Positions 20,195-29,963 of a stretch of DNA of 64,000 nucleotides are shown here, piece by piece. The stretch spans positions 100,470 through 164,469 of the forward strand of contig JBMNCQ010000004.1 of assembly GCA_049366715.1 (NCBI GenBank), written 5' to 3'. How positions within the stretch are numbered: the first letter of the stretch is position 1; each line of letters begins with the position of its first letter. The DNA is from Peptococcaceae bacterium. Its GTDB lineage: Bacteria > Bacillota > Peptococcia > Peptococcales > BICA1-8. The notes under the pieces were generated by a model that was not told where the DNA came from, searched no databases, and saw nothing but the letters and a program-made list of their open reading frames with translations. Both the position numbers and the translations under genes were made by a program.

Positions 20195-20390
20195 TTATTT
20201 TTAGCTCCTTTATATTGTGTTGAATTTCACTATCTCTATCTACTACGATAATATTCCTTACGACCATTGTGAAATACCGATTATATATGCCCCCTATAAG
20301 CAAGAAATATTGTAAAAAAACAAGACCTGTCCACACAGGTCTTGACAAACAACTCTTTCGTTCTAAAGTACCTCTCCTATTTACTTTGAA

Positions 20391-21353
20391 CTATATTTGC
20401 GATAATAAAAGTTCATTAACTTTACTCAGGTTTTCAGAGCAAGTGCTTCTTATGATCTTAATAAATTCTTTCTCGATGAGGGAAAGGTGGTGACGGTTAG
20501 ACCAAATTAAGATCACAACAACTTCCAGTTTTACGTCTTGTATTTTAACCGTCTTAAATTTAGTATCTTTAAAATATTCCTTAGCCATGAGATTAGGTAC
20601 AAATACCAAAGTTTGACCTTGAGATATTATCTTCTCCAGCATGGGTAAATTATCAACTCTAAAGGAGACATTAACATCCCCGTATTTATTTAGAATACTT
20701 GATACACCGCAATCTGTAACATATTCCGTATTATATAAAACGATGGGAAAAGATAGAGCCTCCCGCAAAGTAGCTATTTCATTAGAGATTGCACAGTCTT
20801 TTCCTGCTAAAACAACCAACTCGTCGGAAAACAGCTCTAAATGTTTAATGTCTTTTGCTCTGCTAAATGCCTCCGTTTTCATAATAATACCAAAATCAGC
20901 TTTTCCGGAATTTACATCTCTTAAAATATTATTAGATTCCCCTACTTTCAGAAATGTATTAACTTTGGGAAAATTCTTTTTAAAATTAATCAGAACGTTC
21001 GGCATTAAAGAGATATTAACTCCCGGTTCTGCCGCAATGGACATATCACCGGCTAGTTCTATGGAATTAACTTTAGCAACTTCTTTGATTTCATCAATCG
21101 TTTCTATAATTTCCATTGCCTTTTGAATAATCAGTTCACCTATTTCTGTCGGGAAAACCCCTTGATTCGTTCTTTTTAACAGTGGAATGCCCAGCTCCGC
21201 TTCTAACTTACTGATAGAAGTACTTAAGGCCGGCTGAGATATATGAGCCCGCTCAGACGCTAAAGAAATGGATTGAGATCTATATACTTCAACGAGAAAA
21301 TATAGCTGTTCCAGACGCAATATAATCACCTTTTCAATTTTATTGTAAAGCAA
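20391..21353 (-). CDS. LysR-family transcriptional regulator
   Basis: HTH LEQLYFLVEVYRSQSISLASERAHISQPALSTSISKLE. The true start may be the internal TTG at 21317. Confidence 0.9.
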   Translation of the reverse strand: MLYNKIEKVIILRLEQLYFLVEVYRSQSISLASERAHISQPALSTSISKLEAELGIPLLKRTNQGVFPTEIGELIIQKAMEIIETIDEIKEVAKVNSIELAGDMSIAAEPGVNISLMPNVLINFKKNFPKVNTFLKVGESNNILRDVNSGKADFGIIMKTEAFSRAKDIKHLELFSDELVVLAGKDCAISNEIATLREALSFPIVLYNTEYVTDCGVSSILNKYGDVNVSFRVDNLPMLEKIISQGQTLVFVPNLMAKEYFKDTKFKTVKIQDVKLEVVVILIWSNRHHLSLIEKEFIKIIRSTCSENLSKVNELLLSQI

Positions 21354-21390
21354 TTAAATTGTTAACAGAAATATTGTAATTTATTTTTTT

Positions 21391-21402
21391 TATCAGGTAT
21401 AT
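21391..21402 (+). promoter_or_regulatory. TATCAGGTATAT motif upstream of the LysR gene (site 3 of a shared motif)
   Basis: Reverse complement of the ATATACCTGATA core found at 23494 and 41621. Lies 38-49 bp upstream of the annotated LysR start. Confidence 0.4.
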
Positions 21403-21462
21403 AAAAAAATTTGTGGTAATTTAATCTTCCCTATTATTGTTGTGAAGCAGGTAAATTAAATT

Positions 21463-21500
21463 AAAAAACACAGCCCCCGCCAATTACCCAAGGGGCTGTG
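21463..21500 (-). terminator. Rho-independent terminator (- strand) downstream of the BCCT gene
   Basis: On the - strand, CACAGCCCC-N13-GGGGCTGTG followed by TTTTTT. Confidence 0.7.
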
Positions 21501-21707
21501 TATCATAGAAAATCCGCTTTACACCAACTATTCATTTACAATTATCATCCGATTATCTCCAAAATATTTCTTCTTTTTTTAAGCAAGCTGCGGCAAACCT
21601 TAACTCTTAGTTAAGGTTATCGGCCATAAAAAGCTAATATTTAAATGAATAGTTGTGAACCCTTGAGTATATAACCCTTCTATGCATATTGAAATTTGTC
21701 TTCCTCG

Positions 21708-23348
21708 CTACTTTCCGCTATTCGGTGTAATCGTTGTCTCAGACATTATCGACCTGCTTAGAGAATCGGTATTCTCTAAAGTATCATCTGATTTCAAACT
21801 TGAGTCGGCATAAGTTAGATATTGCGGTTTAACTTTTTCGCCGAAATCTTCTTTCAGCCATTTAACTAATGAAACAGCCAGCATAACCGTTACAATTGCT
21901 ACCGGGAAACTGGTTATAATTGATGATAACTGTACGACTTTCAAACCACCAACTAAAAATAAGGCCGAGGTACAGAAAAACAGCATAAAAGACCAGAATA
22001 TTCTTGACCATTTGGGAGGTTCCTGCGTATCCCTTATTTCAGAGCAGCACATAGCGGAAATTGTATAGGAAACAGAATCTACGGCTGTAACCTGAGATAC
22101 GAGCATTACAATCAGAAACACCGGTATTGCAACAGCACTCATCGGCAGGGTATTCAGCAAATGGGTTATGACTACCGGGCCCCCGGATTCCTGCAGCATC
22201 GTAATCAAGTCCGCCCCCCTGTTCAAAATCAAATCAACGGTATAAGAACCAAAAGTCAGATAGAAAAGAGAAGATCCTGCCGTCGCCGTGAAGATCATAT
22301 TTAAGACAAGCTCCTTGATCGTACGGCCTCTGGATATTCTGGTAGCAAAAAGCCCCATGTAAGTTGCCCAGGCGAACCACCAGGCCCAGTAAAAAACGGT
22401 CCAATCCTGGGGGAACCCGGATTTCGTTATGGGATCGGTATATAAGCTCATCCGCAGGAAGTTGTCTAAAAGCATTCCTACGTTGTCGAAGAATAAGGAA
22501 AGCATAAATGCTGTCGGTCCTGCAAGCAGCACGAATAATAACAGCAATAAAATTAGCCACATATTGTAATCCGATATTTTCGCAATCCCCGCATATAAAC
22601 CCCGGTAACAGCTATAACCATAAAGACAGGAAAACAGTGCTGCAACAATAATTCTTAACCACAGGGTGTCCGTAAGTCCTAAATAATTTGCTGCGATATT
22701 TGTCATCATAGGTAAAAGGAGTCCTAAGGAGGTTGCTACGCCACCCACCATACCTACAACCATGATTAAATCAATCACTCTGCCTAACCATCCGTCAACC
22801 CTGTTCCCTAAAATGCCCCGACAGGCATAACTTGGATAAAGGAACGGCTTTTTCCTAACATAAAACATATAAGAGAAACCAATTGCAGGAATAACAAAGG
22901 TACCCCAGGCACTGACACCCCAGTGAAAAATGCCATAGGAAAGAGCCCACTGAGCAGCCTGGGCCGAATTTGCTTCCGCCCAAAAAGGCGGCCACTGTAA
23001 ATAATAAATCGGTTCAAGAATCCCCCAGTAGATCAGACCCGCTCCCGAACCGCCGCAGAACATCATGGCAAACCAGGTAAAAGTAGAAAATTCCGGCTTT
23101 TCATCCGGCCCGCCCAGCTTTACCCTGCCATAAGGACCAAAGGCCAGCCACAAGGAAAAAAGCACCGCACCAAAAACAACGATTTCCCACATCCAGTCAG
23201 TACCATGGGTAACGGCATACATTACTTTATCTACCAGACCTTGCGCAGTTTCTTGGTAAATGATCATCGGACCAAAAAATAATAAGCAAATAAGTACACT
23301 ACCCCAAAAAACCGATTTGTTTATCTTTGCATATTTTGAAAAATCCAT
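21708..23348 (-). CDS. BCCT-family (betaine/carnitine/choline) transporter
   Basis: BCCT signature DWTVFYWAWWFAWATYMGLFATRISRGRTIKE. Start set to MDFSKY (ATG 23348), after AGAGGTGG. Confidence 0.9.
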   Translation of the reverse strand: MDFSKYAKINKSVFWGSVLICLLFFGPMIIYQETAQGLVDKVMYAVTHGTDWMWEIVVFGAVLFSLWLAFGPYGRVKLGGPDEKPEFSTFTWFAMMFCGGSGAGLIYWGILEPIYYLQWPPFWAEANSAQAAQWALSYGIFHWGVSAWGTFVIPAIGFSYMFYVRKKPFLYPSYACRGILGNRVDGWLGRVIDLIMVVGMVGGVATSLGLLLPMMTNIAANYLGLTDTLWLRIIVAALFSCLYGYSCYRGLYAGIAKISDYNMWLILLLLLFVLLAGPTAFMLSLFFDNVGMLLDNFLRMSLYTDPITKSGFPQDWTVFYWAWWFAWATYMGLFATRISRGRTIKELVLNMIFTATAGSSLFYLTFGSYTVDLILNRGADLITMLQESGGPVVITHLLNTLPMSAVAIPVFLIVMLVSQVTAVDSVSYTISAMCCSEIRDTQEPPKWSRIFWSFMLFFCTSALFLVGGLKVVQLSSIITSFPVAIVTVMLAVSLVKWLKEDFGEKVKPQYLTYADSSLKSDDTLENTDSLSRSIMSETTITPNSGK

Positions 23349-23493
23349 TTTTCCACCTCTTTTTTCGATTAGGTTATAAATTTTTCTTGACCGCAACTCC
23401 TTTCTCTAAAATTTTCCTTATCTAATTTTGTTAAATAATTCACTTTTGTTTTGATTATAAAATGTCTTTATATATTTGTTAATAAGGAAATAC

Positions 23494-23520
23494 ATATACC
23501 TGATATAATAATAAAATATA
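23494..23520. promoter_or_regulatory. Shared upstream motif site 1: ATATACCTGATATAATAATAAAATATA
   Basis: 146-172 bp upstream of the BCCT start. Matches 41621-41647 at 24 of 27 positions. Confidence 0.5.
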
Positions 23521-23641
23521 GCTATCAATAATATTTTCCGGGGATTAATTTTAATTATTATTAATATTAATGGCACCGGAAAGCATTTCTCCTTGACTGC
23601 TTTTCCGATCCTACTTGCATCATAAATTTTCGCTTTAGCAG

Positions 23642-23679
23642 ATAAGGGCTGCCTTGCTTTTGCCGGGGACAGCCCTTAT
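23642..23679 (-). terminator. Stem-loop after the last BMC gene (weak terminator or processing site)
   Basis: ATAAGGGCTG-N18-CAGCCCTTAT, a perfect 10-bp stem 22 bp past the stop at 23701. There is no clear U-tract on the - strand. Confidence 0.4.
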
Positions 23680-23700
23680 TATAATCTGTTTTCCGGCTCC

Positions 23701-23991
23701 TTAAGCTTCCTTCCTGCTTACAGGAAGGATAAATTCTACATCACCATGAGGACGTGGAATGACATGGACGGAGAGCAGTTCACCAACACGCTGGGCTGCT
23801 GCTGCTCCGGCGTCCGTTGCTGCTTTTACAGCACCTACATCACCTCTGACCATAACGGTTACCAGCCCGCCGCCGACTAATTCCCGGCCCAGGAGATAAA
23901 CATTGGCGGCTTTAACCATGGCGTCTGCCGCTTCAATTGCTCCTACCAGACCTTTTGTTTCAATTAACCCTAAAGCTTCTGTTTTACTCAT
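23701..23991 (-). CDS. BMC-H shell protein (PduA/EutM-like)
   Basis: [31 protein letters not shown]... is a canonical Pfam00936-type sequence. Confidence 0.92.
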   Translation of the reverse strand: MSKTEALGLIETKGLVGAIEAADAMVKAANVYLLGRELVGGGLVTVMVRGDVGAVKAATDAGAAAAQRVGELLSVHVIPRPHGDVEFILPVSRKEA

Positions 23992-24009
23992 TTTTGTTTC
24001 CTCCTAATT

Positions 24010-24651
24010 TTATTTTATAATTGTTATTTTTGAGTTTGGCACAAGGTTAAGAGCATTGGCTTCTTCCGTGTCAAGATGACATTCCAGAGCTGAGGTATTG
24101 CCGGCTCTGATGACAACATTACAGTAAGTTCCGCCACGAATTCCGCCTATGTTGATCGTTACCAATTCCCCGTCTGTTACCCCGAAGTTCCGGGCATCTT
24201 CTAAAGTCATATGAATATGCCGTTGGGCAATCATCACGCCGCGGGACAACCGGATACTATCCTGGGGGCCAATGACAGTGATCCCCGGGGTTCCGGCTAA
24301 ATCTCCGGACATTTTTACCGGCGCCTTGATCCCCAGCTTAAAACAATCTGCCTGCAGTATTTCTACCTGAGTTTCCCTTCTCACCGGCCCGAGGATGCGG
24401 ACTTTTTCAATAGCACCTTTAGGTCCGCAGATGGTCACCGTTTCCCGGCAGGCATACTGCATAGGCTGGGATAAATCCTTGGTTTTTGTCAATTGATATC
24501 CGGCACCAAACAAAATATTTAAATCAGTTGGGGAAAGATGGATATGACGGTTGGATATTCCTACGGGGATAGAGTCATCCTCTTTCCTAGAATCCCCCCC
24601 CTCTTTAAGAACCTCCAGAAGAAGCTCCTTCAAAGCATCATACCTTCCCAC
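24010..24651 (-). CDS. pduL: Phosphotransacylase PduL
   Basis: Duplicated PduL motifs GISNRHIHLSPTDL and IAQRHIHMTLEDA. Confidence 0.9.
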   Translation of the reverse strand: MGRYDALKELLLEVLKEGGDSRKEDDSIPVGISNRHIHLSPTDLNILFGAGYQLTKTKDLSQPMQYACRETVTICGPKGAIEKVRILGPVRRETQVEILQADCFKLGIKAPVKMSGDLAGTPGITVIGPQDSIRLSRGVMIAQRHIHMTLEDARNFGVTDGELVTINIGGIRGGTYCNVVIRAGNTSALECHLDTEEANALNLVPNSKITIIK

Positions 24652-24653
24652 TT

Positions 24654-26138
24654 TTAGTAATCACCCCTTTTCTTCAGCATGGCGAGAACTTCATCCACCA
24701 GGGTCATAAGCTGGTCTTCGCTGACGGCACCGGGGTTCTCCCGCCGCACTGTGCTGTCTCGATAAGAAGTTCCTGTATTTTCGGTACAATCTTTAAGCCC
24801 ATAGGCCACCCGTTTGATATTGATCAGGTGCAGAGGTGTTACATTGTCGGAAGTTGCACTTCCCCCCCAGGTACCGCAGCCTAATGTAAAGGCCGGAGCC
24901 AGTCCGGTACTTACCCCTACCCCGCCGTGGGTAGAGGGGGTGTTGACCAGGATTCTAAATACCGGCTTTGCTGAGAATTTTAGCGCCATTTCAGGTTTTT
25001 CCGTATGAATGGCCAGGCTATGACCCACACCGCCGTTATGCAAAAGTTTCATGCACAAATCACAAGCTTCCTGCCAATCCCTTACGGTATAAAAAGCCAG
25101 CACCGTAGTCAGTTTTTCATAGGACAGGGGATATTCTGCCCCCACACCCTGCTGCTCACCCAGCAAAACCTTGGTTTCCGGAGGAATAACGATCCCGGCA
25201 CTGTCTGCGATGATTGCCGCGGACCTGCCGACCATTTTGGCGTTCATGGCATGACCGTTAACAAAGAGCTTTTCAGCCACCTTAGCGGTCTCTGCCGGAG
25301 TCATGAAGTAACCGCCCTGGCCTCTGAATTCTTCCCTAACCTGTTCCCGGATGCATTCTTCCACAATAACCGCTTGCTCCGAAGCACAGACGGTTCCATA
25401 ATCAAAGGTTTTGCTGGTGATAATATTTTTTACGGCTTTTTTAATATCGGCAGTTTTTTCTATATAGGCCGGAACATTGCCCGGACCCACTCCCAAGGCC
25501 GGTTTGCCTGCACTATAGGCAGCCTTTACCATGGCTGTGCCGCCTGTGGCAATAATCATATCCACTTCAGCGCACTTCATGAGTTCATTGGTTGCCTGCA
25601 AGGAAGGCTGGGCAATACAGCCGATAATATTTGCCGGAGCACCGGCAGCTACTGCGGCCTCATTCATAACTTTGGCTGCCTGCAGGGTGCATTGCAAAGC
25701 CGCGGGATGGGGTGAAAATATGATCCCGTTACGGGACTTAATGGCAATAATCGCTTTATAGATGGTCGTCGAGGTAGGATTTGTCGAAGGAATAATCCCC
25801 AGCAGCAATCCGACCGGTTCAGCAATTTCCATGACCTTATTGACCTCGTCATTTTTAATGACTCCCACAGTTTGCATGGGTTTAATGAAATGATACAACT
25901 CCAGCGAAGCAAGCCGATTTTTAAAAACTTTATCTTCTACCTTGCCGAAGCCCGTTTCTTCCACCGCCAGTCTGGCCAGCGAAACAGCATTTTCTTCAGC
26001 CGCTTTTACCATATTGCAAATGATCTTTTCAATCTGTTCGCTATTGAACTTGGCCAGCTCAGCCTGTGCAGCTTTAGCCTGACGGGCCAGATTCCTGGCC
26101 CCTTGCACAGATTGTAAATCATAATCAAATGTTTCCAA
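24654..26138 (-). CDS. CoA-acylating aldehyde dehydrogenase with catalytic Cys intact
   Basis: Active-site motif KTFDYGTVCASEQ, with the Cys codon TGT at 25386-25388. Amphipathic C-terminal tail EDQLMTLVDEVLAMLKK resembles an encapsulation peptide. Confidence 0.9.
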   Translation of the reverse strand: METFDYDLQSVQGARNLARQAKAAQAELAKFNSEQIEKIICNMVKAAEENAVSLARLAVEETGFGKVEDKVFKNRLASLELYHFIKPMQTVGVIKNDEVNKVMEIAEPVGLLLGIIPSTNPTSTTIYKAIIAIKSRNGIIFSPHPAALQCTLQAAKVMNEAAVAAGAPANIIGCIAQPSLQATNELMKCAEVDMIIATGGTAMVKAAYSAGKPALGVGPGNVPAYIEKTADIKKAVKNIITSKTFDYGTVCASEQAVIVEECIREQVREEFRGQGGYFMTPAETAKVAEKLFVNGHAMNAKMVGRSAAIIADSAGIVIPPETKVLLGEQQGVGAEYPLSYEKLTTVLAFYTVRDWQEACDLCMKLLHNGGVGHSLAIHTEKPEMALKFSAKPVFRILVNTPSTHGGVGVSTGLAPAFTLGCGTWGGSATSDNVTPLHLINIKRVAYGLKDCTENTGTSYRDSTVRRENPGAVSEDQLMTLVDEVLAMLKKRGDY

Positions 26139-26173
26139 TGTACTCTTCCTCTCTCTGTCTTATTTACCCCAAG

Positions 26174-26752
26174 CTACTTGTTACTCCCCCGCCGGTAATA
26201 TTCCGTCAGCTTCTCTATTAACAAATCTTTATTGGCTTTAGATATGGCCCTGCCTGCTAAGTCAAGTTCCTCATAATCCCTGACCAGCTTACGGAGTTTT
26301 ACTACGGAGAGCCGTTTCAGAGTGCCGATACTTTCTGTAATACCCTGGTCCCGTACCAGAGCATCAACGTCCTCTTTGCCGGTGTGCTCCGGCAATAGTA
26401 CAGCGGAAGCCCCGCTTTTTTGCGGATTAACCTTCCGTTCAGGCACTTCTCTGGCCTTACTCCGGTCCGGCCCGGGATTGGTAACGGCGATCATCCCGGC
26501 TAGATCAGGATGGGGCCTGGGAATTACATGCCGGGAAACCGGTGGCAGCCGGCCCAGCTTGGCAGCTGCCGCCGCACCTGCTTCAACAGAAGCCTGAACA
26601 GCCGCCACATCACCTGTTACTGCAATTGTTACGTATCCGCCTCCTACCAAGGTTCTCTCCACAAGTTCTACCTGTGCCGTCTTAAGCATAACATCTGCGC
26701 ACTCAATAGCAGGGAGTAGTCCCCGGGTTTCAACTAGACCAAGAGCCTGCAT
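26174..26752 (-). CDS. BMC-H shell protein with a C-terminal extension of about 100 aa
   Basis: N-terminal MQALGLVETRGLLPAIECADVMLKTAQV BMC domain. The tail ends in LSVVKLRKLVRDYEELDLAGRAISKANKDLLIEKL, which resembles an HeH/SAP/Rho_N motif. Confidence 0.85.
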   Translation of the reverse strand: MQALGLVETRGLLPAIECADVMLKTAQVELVERTLVGGGYVTIAVTGDVAAVQASVEAGAAAAAKLGRLPPVSRHVIPRPHPDLAGMIAVTNPGPDRSKAREVPERKVNPQKSGASAVLLPEHTGKEDVDALVRDQGITESIGTLKRLSVVKLRKLVRDYEELDLAGRAISKANKDLLIEKLTEYYRRGSNK

Positions 26753-26763
26753 AGCTTACCCTC

Positions 26764-27483
26764 CTATTGTTTTACCATGATAAGATCAGCCCAGTTCGCC
26801 TTAACATAAAACAGCTTGACATACCCTGAAGAGCTCCGGGTTACTTGAGAACCTTGAGGTATAAAGAGAACATCCCCCTGGCAGGCTTCATAAGTCTCAC
26901 CATTGACCGTAACGGAGAGACTGCCTTCCAGAATGATATCAATCTCATCATTGCCCAGCTTCCGCTTAAATCCGGATTGTTCAATGCTTAAAAAGCCTGC
27001 ACCGGTTTGGGAATGATCTTTGCTGATTACTTCCCGGTAAGTTACCTTGGTGCGGGGGTCCCCCAGATCCAGGGGTTTATATTTTACTGTCCGGCCCCGC
27101 ACAATTTTCAAGCCGCTGCGGGGGTCGCAATCTGCAAGAAACGGCTCGGCAGAGCCTAACGGCACTGCACTTGTCAGAAGATTGTTTGCTAAGACAACTT
27201 TGATAATTTGATAGATTAAATCCCGGTCAATATTCTTTTTCACCTGGTCATCCTTCTGAAAAGCTTTATCCTCACAGGTGTGGTCTTCCGCACCGGATGA
27301 AGCTGCCAGAAGCTCTACGCCCAGTTCGCGGGCCAAGTCCCTGGCTGCCGGTGTAATAATGGTATCCCCTGCTAAGCAAAATATTTTCTGCCTTTTTTCT
27401 GCCGCGGCTTTAATCTCATCGGTACAAACAAGTTTTTTCAAGTCGGCACCTCCTTCACGAATAGTTGAAGATTGGATTTTCAT
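26764..27483 (-). CDS. eutQ: EutQ-like cupin protein
   Basis: N-terminus LVCTDEIKAAAEKRQ..IITPAARDLARELGVEL parallels Salmonella EutQ. C-terminal cupin segment EIDIILEGSLSVTVNGETYEACQGDVLFIPQGS. Confidence 0.8.
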   Translation of the reverse strand: MKIQSSTIREGGADLKKLVCTDEIKAAAEKRQKIFCLAGDTIITPAARDLARELGVELLAASSGAEDHTCEDKAFQKDDQVKKNIDRDLIYQIIKVVLANNLLTSAVPLGSAEPFLADCDPRSGLKIVRGRTVKYKPLDLGDPRTKVTYREVISKDHSQTGAGFLSIEQSGFKRKLGNDEIDIILEGSLSVTVNGETYEACQGDVLFIPQGSQVTRSSSGYVKLFYVKANWADLIMVKQ

Positions 27484-28032
27484 TTAAAAAATGGCGCCCC
27501 ACAATTTTGCCGCCGGAGCAGGAATCACTTCTACATCTACTAACAACCCGTTTTGGAGAACAAGGGCCTTGCCGGCATCGATACCTGCCTTGACAGCAGC
27601 TACATCTCCGGTAAAGGTGAAGTAGGCTTTACCGCCTAATCCACGGCCCAGACAAAGCTCCAGGGCTTGGATGTCTGCCGCTTTCAGCGCCGCATCGGCA
27701 GCAATTATCATGGAGGCCAGGGAAAAGGACTCCATGATCCCCAATGCTCCCGTTTCATCAGGCATGGTCGCACCTGTAATGGCCGGAAACACAGCTTCGT
27801 GAACATTGGGGAGAATAAAACTGTCGATCAGATATTCCCCGGCAGCTGCGCTGCCGGCGTTAATTGAGCTATCTACGGCGGCAACGTCTCCCTGAATGAC
27901 GGCGATATATTTTCCCGGACAGACGGGAGTCGCACTGACAACTTCAACTGAAGCTGTCTTCAGCAAGAGATCTGCCACATAAATTCCCCGGGCCACACTG
28001 GAAAGTTCAAGCATGCCTATTGCTCTATACAT
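27484..28032 (-). CDS. pduT: Tandem-domain BMC-T shell protein (PduT-like)
   Basis: Two BMC domains in 182 aa. The PVCPGK motif corresponds to the PduT Fe-S ligand Cys. Confidence 0.85.
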   Translation of the reverse strand: MYRAIGMLELSSVARGIYVADLLLKTASVEVVSATPVCPGKYIAVIQGDVAAVDSSINAGSAAAGEYLIDSFILPNVHEAVFPAITGATMPDETGALGIMESFSLASMIIAADAALKAADIQALELCLGRGLGGKAYFTFTGDVAAVKAGIDAGKALVLQNGLLVDVEVIPAPAAKLWGAIF

Positions 28033-29377
28033 AAGAACCCACCTTTATCACAATAAAATTACCGGTTATTTCCGTAACGGTACCGTCAAGGCTGGCATGA
28101 ACAGCAGCACCGAGGCTGTTGCCGGGTATTTTCCCAATCAATTGACCGGCTTTCACCTGCTCACCTACAGCGACAACAGGCAGGGCCGGCGCTCCAATGT
28201 GCTGACCAAGAGCAATGCCGGTGTATTCAGACCGCAATCGGGCCTGAGTCAGGGGAGCCGGTTTGTCGTAAGCACTTAAGCCGATTCTGGCGATCAGCCG
28301 CTTGCTGGGAATCAGACGATAGTCTCTAAAAGACCTGGCTTGAAATTCCCCCTGAACCGGCTGATATCTAAGACCTTGCTCTGTCAGTTTTTCCTTAACC
28401 AAAACATTGACGGCTTTAGGATGGAGATTAGCGGGACAGGAAAATAGCTCACAGGCATTACATTCACAGCATAATTGGGCAATTTGCCGTTCTTTTACGT
28501 CTGCCAGGTTGTAGTTTAAAGCTCGCATAATCTTATGGGGCTGGATATTGTGTCCCAGAAGATAACGGGGGCACAAATCCGTACACATCCGGCATTGTTC
28601 ACAGGCGGTTTTGCTTAATATCCTGGCCTGCTCCGGCCCCACCGATTTTTTTCGAATCAGAAAATGATCCTTTTTCAGGAGCACATAGCCTTTGCTTTTT
28701 TTCGTGACATACCCCTGCAGATTTTTTAGAACAGAGCCCATCATCGGACCGCCGTCTATCACTGCATAATCAGCGATATTTTCTACTCCGCATTGTCTGA
28801 TCACATCCTCTATCGGTACACCCACAGGAACCTTAAGGGTCAGGGGATGAGGGATATCGCCGGCAATGGTAATGTACGTTTCCGTAACTGCATGGCCGGT
28901 CAGAGCATAATAGATATTTAAGGACGTCTCGACATTGATCACCACACAACCAACCTTTAGTGGTATGGCTGCTTCCGGAACAATTCTCTGCGTCAGTTCA
29001 TAAACCAAGACCTGCTCATCACCGGCAGGATAAATATCCCTTAATTCCATGACCTCCATGTAATCTGCCAGTCCTAAAGCCCGAATTCTTGTATGCAAAA
29101 GATTGATAATTTTTTTATGTTTGCCCTTGATCCCAATGATGGCTTTACGGGCTCTAATATATCTCCCGGCAGCATCCAGGCCATGAATAATTTCGTCGGG
29201 GAACTGCTCCATTAATTGCTGGTCCACCCTGAGCAAAGGTTCACATTCTGCCCCGTTAAGCAGAATATACTCGGCCCGGGAAGTTAGTTTGGCGTGAGTT
29301 GGAAATCCGGCTCCTCCGGCCCCGATAACCCCTGCATCCCTGACTTTGTTCAGTAGATCCAACATTTCCACCTCCAA
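28025..29377 (-). CDS. pduS: PduS/RnfC-like Fe-S flavoprotein
   Basis: GAGGAGFPTHAKL nucleotide/FMN motif and two ferredoxin-type clusters (CEQCRMCTDLCP, CCECNACELFSCP). Confidence 0.85.
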   Translation of the reverse strand: MEVEMLDLLNKVRDAGVIGAGGAGFPTHAKLTSRAEYILLNGAECEPLLRVDQQLMEQFPDEIIHGLDAAGRYIRARKAIIGIKGKHKKIINLLHTRIRALGLADYMEVMELRDIYPAGDEQVLVYELTQRIVPEAAIPLKVGCVVINVETSLNIYYALTGHAVTETYITIAGDIPHPLTLKVPVGVPIEDVIRQCGVENIADYAVIDGGPMMGSVLKNLQGYVTKKSKGYVLLKKDHFLIRKKSVGPEQARILSKTACEQCRMCTDLCPRYLLGHNIQPHKIMRALNYNLADVKERQIAQLCCECNACELFSCPANLHPKAVNVLVKEKLTEQGLRYQPVQGEFQARSFRDYRLIPSKRLIARIGLSAYDKPAPLTQARLRSEYTGIALGQHIGAPALPVVAVGEQVKAGQLIGKIPGNSLGAAVHASLDGTVTEITGNFIVIKVGSYV

Positions 29378-29382
29378 ATTTC

Positions 29383-29643
29383 TTAAAAGGTACAGTCTTC
29401 ATCAATGATTCCCACAATAACCGCATCAATGGGGATATTGTCCTGGTCCAGCATCCTGCGGGCCGAACTGCCGGTACAAATCAAAACTCTCTCGCCGATA
29501 CCGGCCCCGATGGTATCGGCAGCTATAAGAAGGCGGCCGGCTTCAATGCCGCCCAGAACTTCCACCAACATGAATTTCAAGCCCCGGAGGGAATCGGCTT
29601 TTCTGGTGGACCAGATATGATCAATTACTTGGGCTGCGATCAT
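29383..29643 (-). CDS. eutN: BMC-P pentameric vertex protein (EutN/CcmL family)
   Basis: 86 aa, MIAAQVIDHIWSTRKADSLRGLKFMLVEVL..DAVIVGIID. Confidence 0.9.
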   Translation of the reverse strand: MIAAQVIDHIWSTRKADSLRGLKFMLVEVLGGIEAGRLLIAADTIGAGIGERVLICTGSSARRMLDQDNIPIDAVIVGIIDEDCTF

Positions 29644-29951
29644 AATTCCTCACCCTTTTTGGCCCCGGACAGTTTTTCTTTAATCTGATTAATTGCTGCT
29701 TCTACCGCCGCCGTATCGCCAAAGACAGCAATCATAATCAGATTCTGAGGACAATGGCCTTTAATATCCTCCACTACGACCCCCGCAGCCTTTTCAGCAA
29801 TATCGGCGGCAAAAACCATATCAATCAGCCGGCCCTGAATCAAACCGATGGCATCATAATTTACAATAGGGACGGTGGCCGGAGAGCTTTTGCGCCGCAG
29901 GAGCATATCCAGTGTTCCCCGGGACGGGGATTTGATCATTCGGTACTCCAT
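29640..29951 (-). CDS. Circularly permuted BMC-domain shell protein (EutS/PduU-like, short)
   Basis: AIGLIQGRLIDMVFAADIAEKAAGVVVEDI..IAVFGDTAAVEAAINQI aligns with the permuted PduU/EutS core. Confidence 0.7.
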   Translation of the reverse strand: MEYRMIKSPSRGTLDMLLRRKSSPATVPIVNYDAIGLIQGRLIDMVFAADIAEKAAGVVVEDIKGHCPQNLIMIAVFGDTAAVEAAINQIKEKLSGAKKGEEL

Positions 29952-29963
29952 GTAAACTCACTC

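Noticed and set aside
25005-25715. 236-aa + strand ORF inside the aldehyde dehydrogenase gene. There are similar long antisense ORFs at 36511-37053, 29754-30182, 43668-44081 and 20641-21126.
   Set aside because: Each lies entirely antisense to a strongly supported CDS. They have no RBS and compositions typical of antisense frames.
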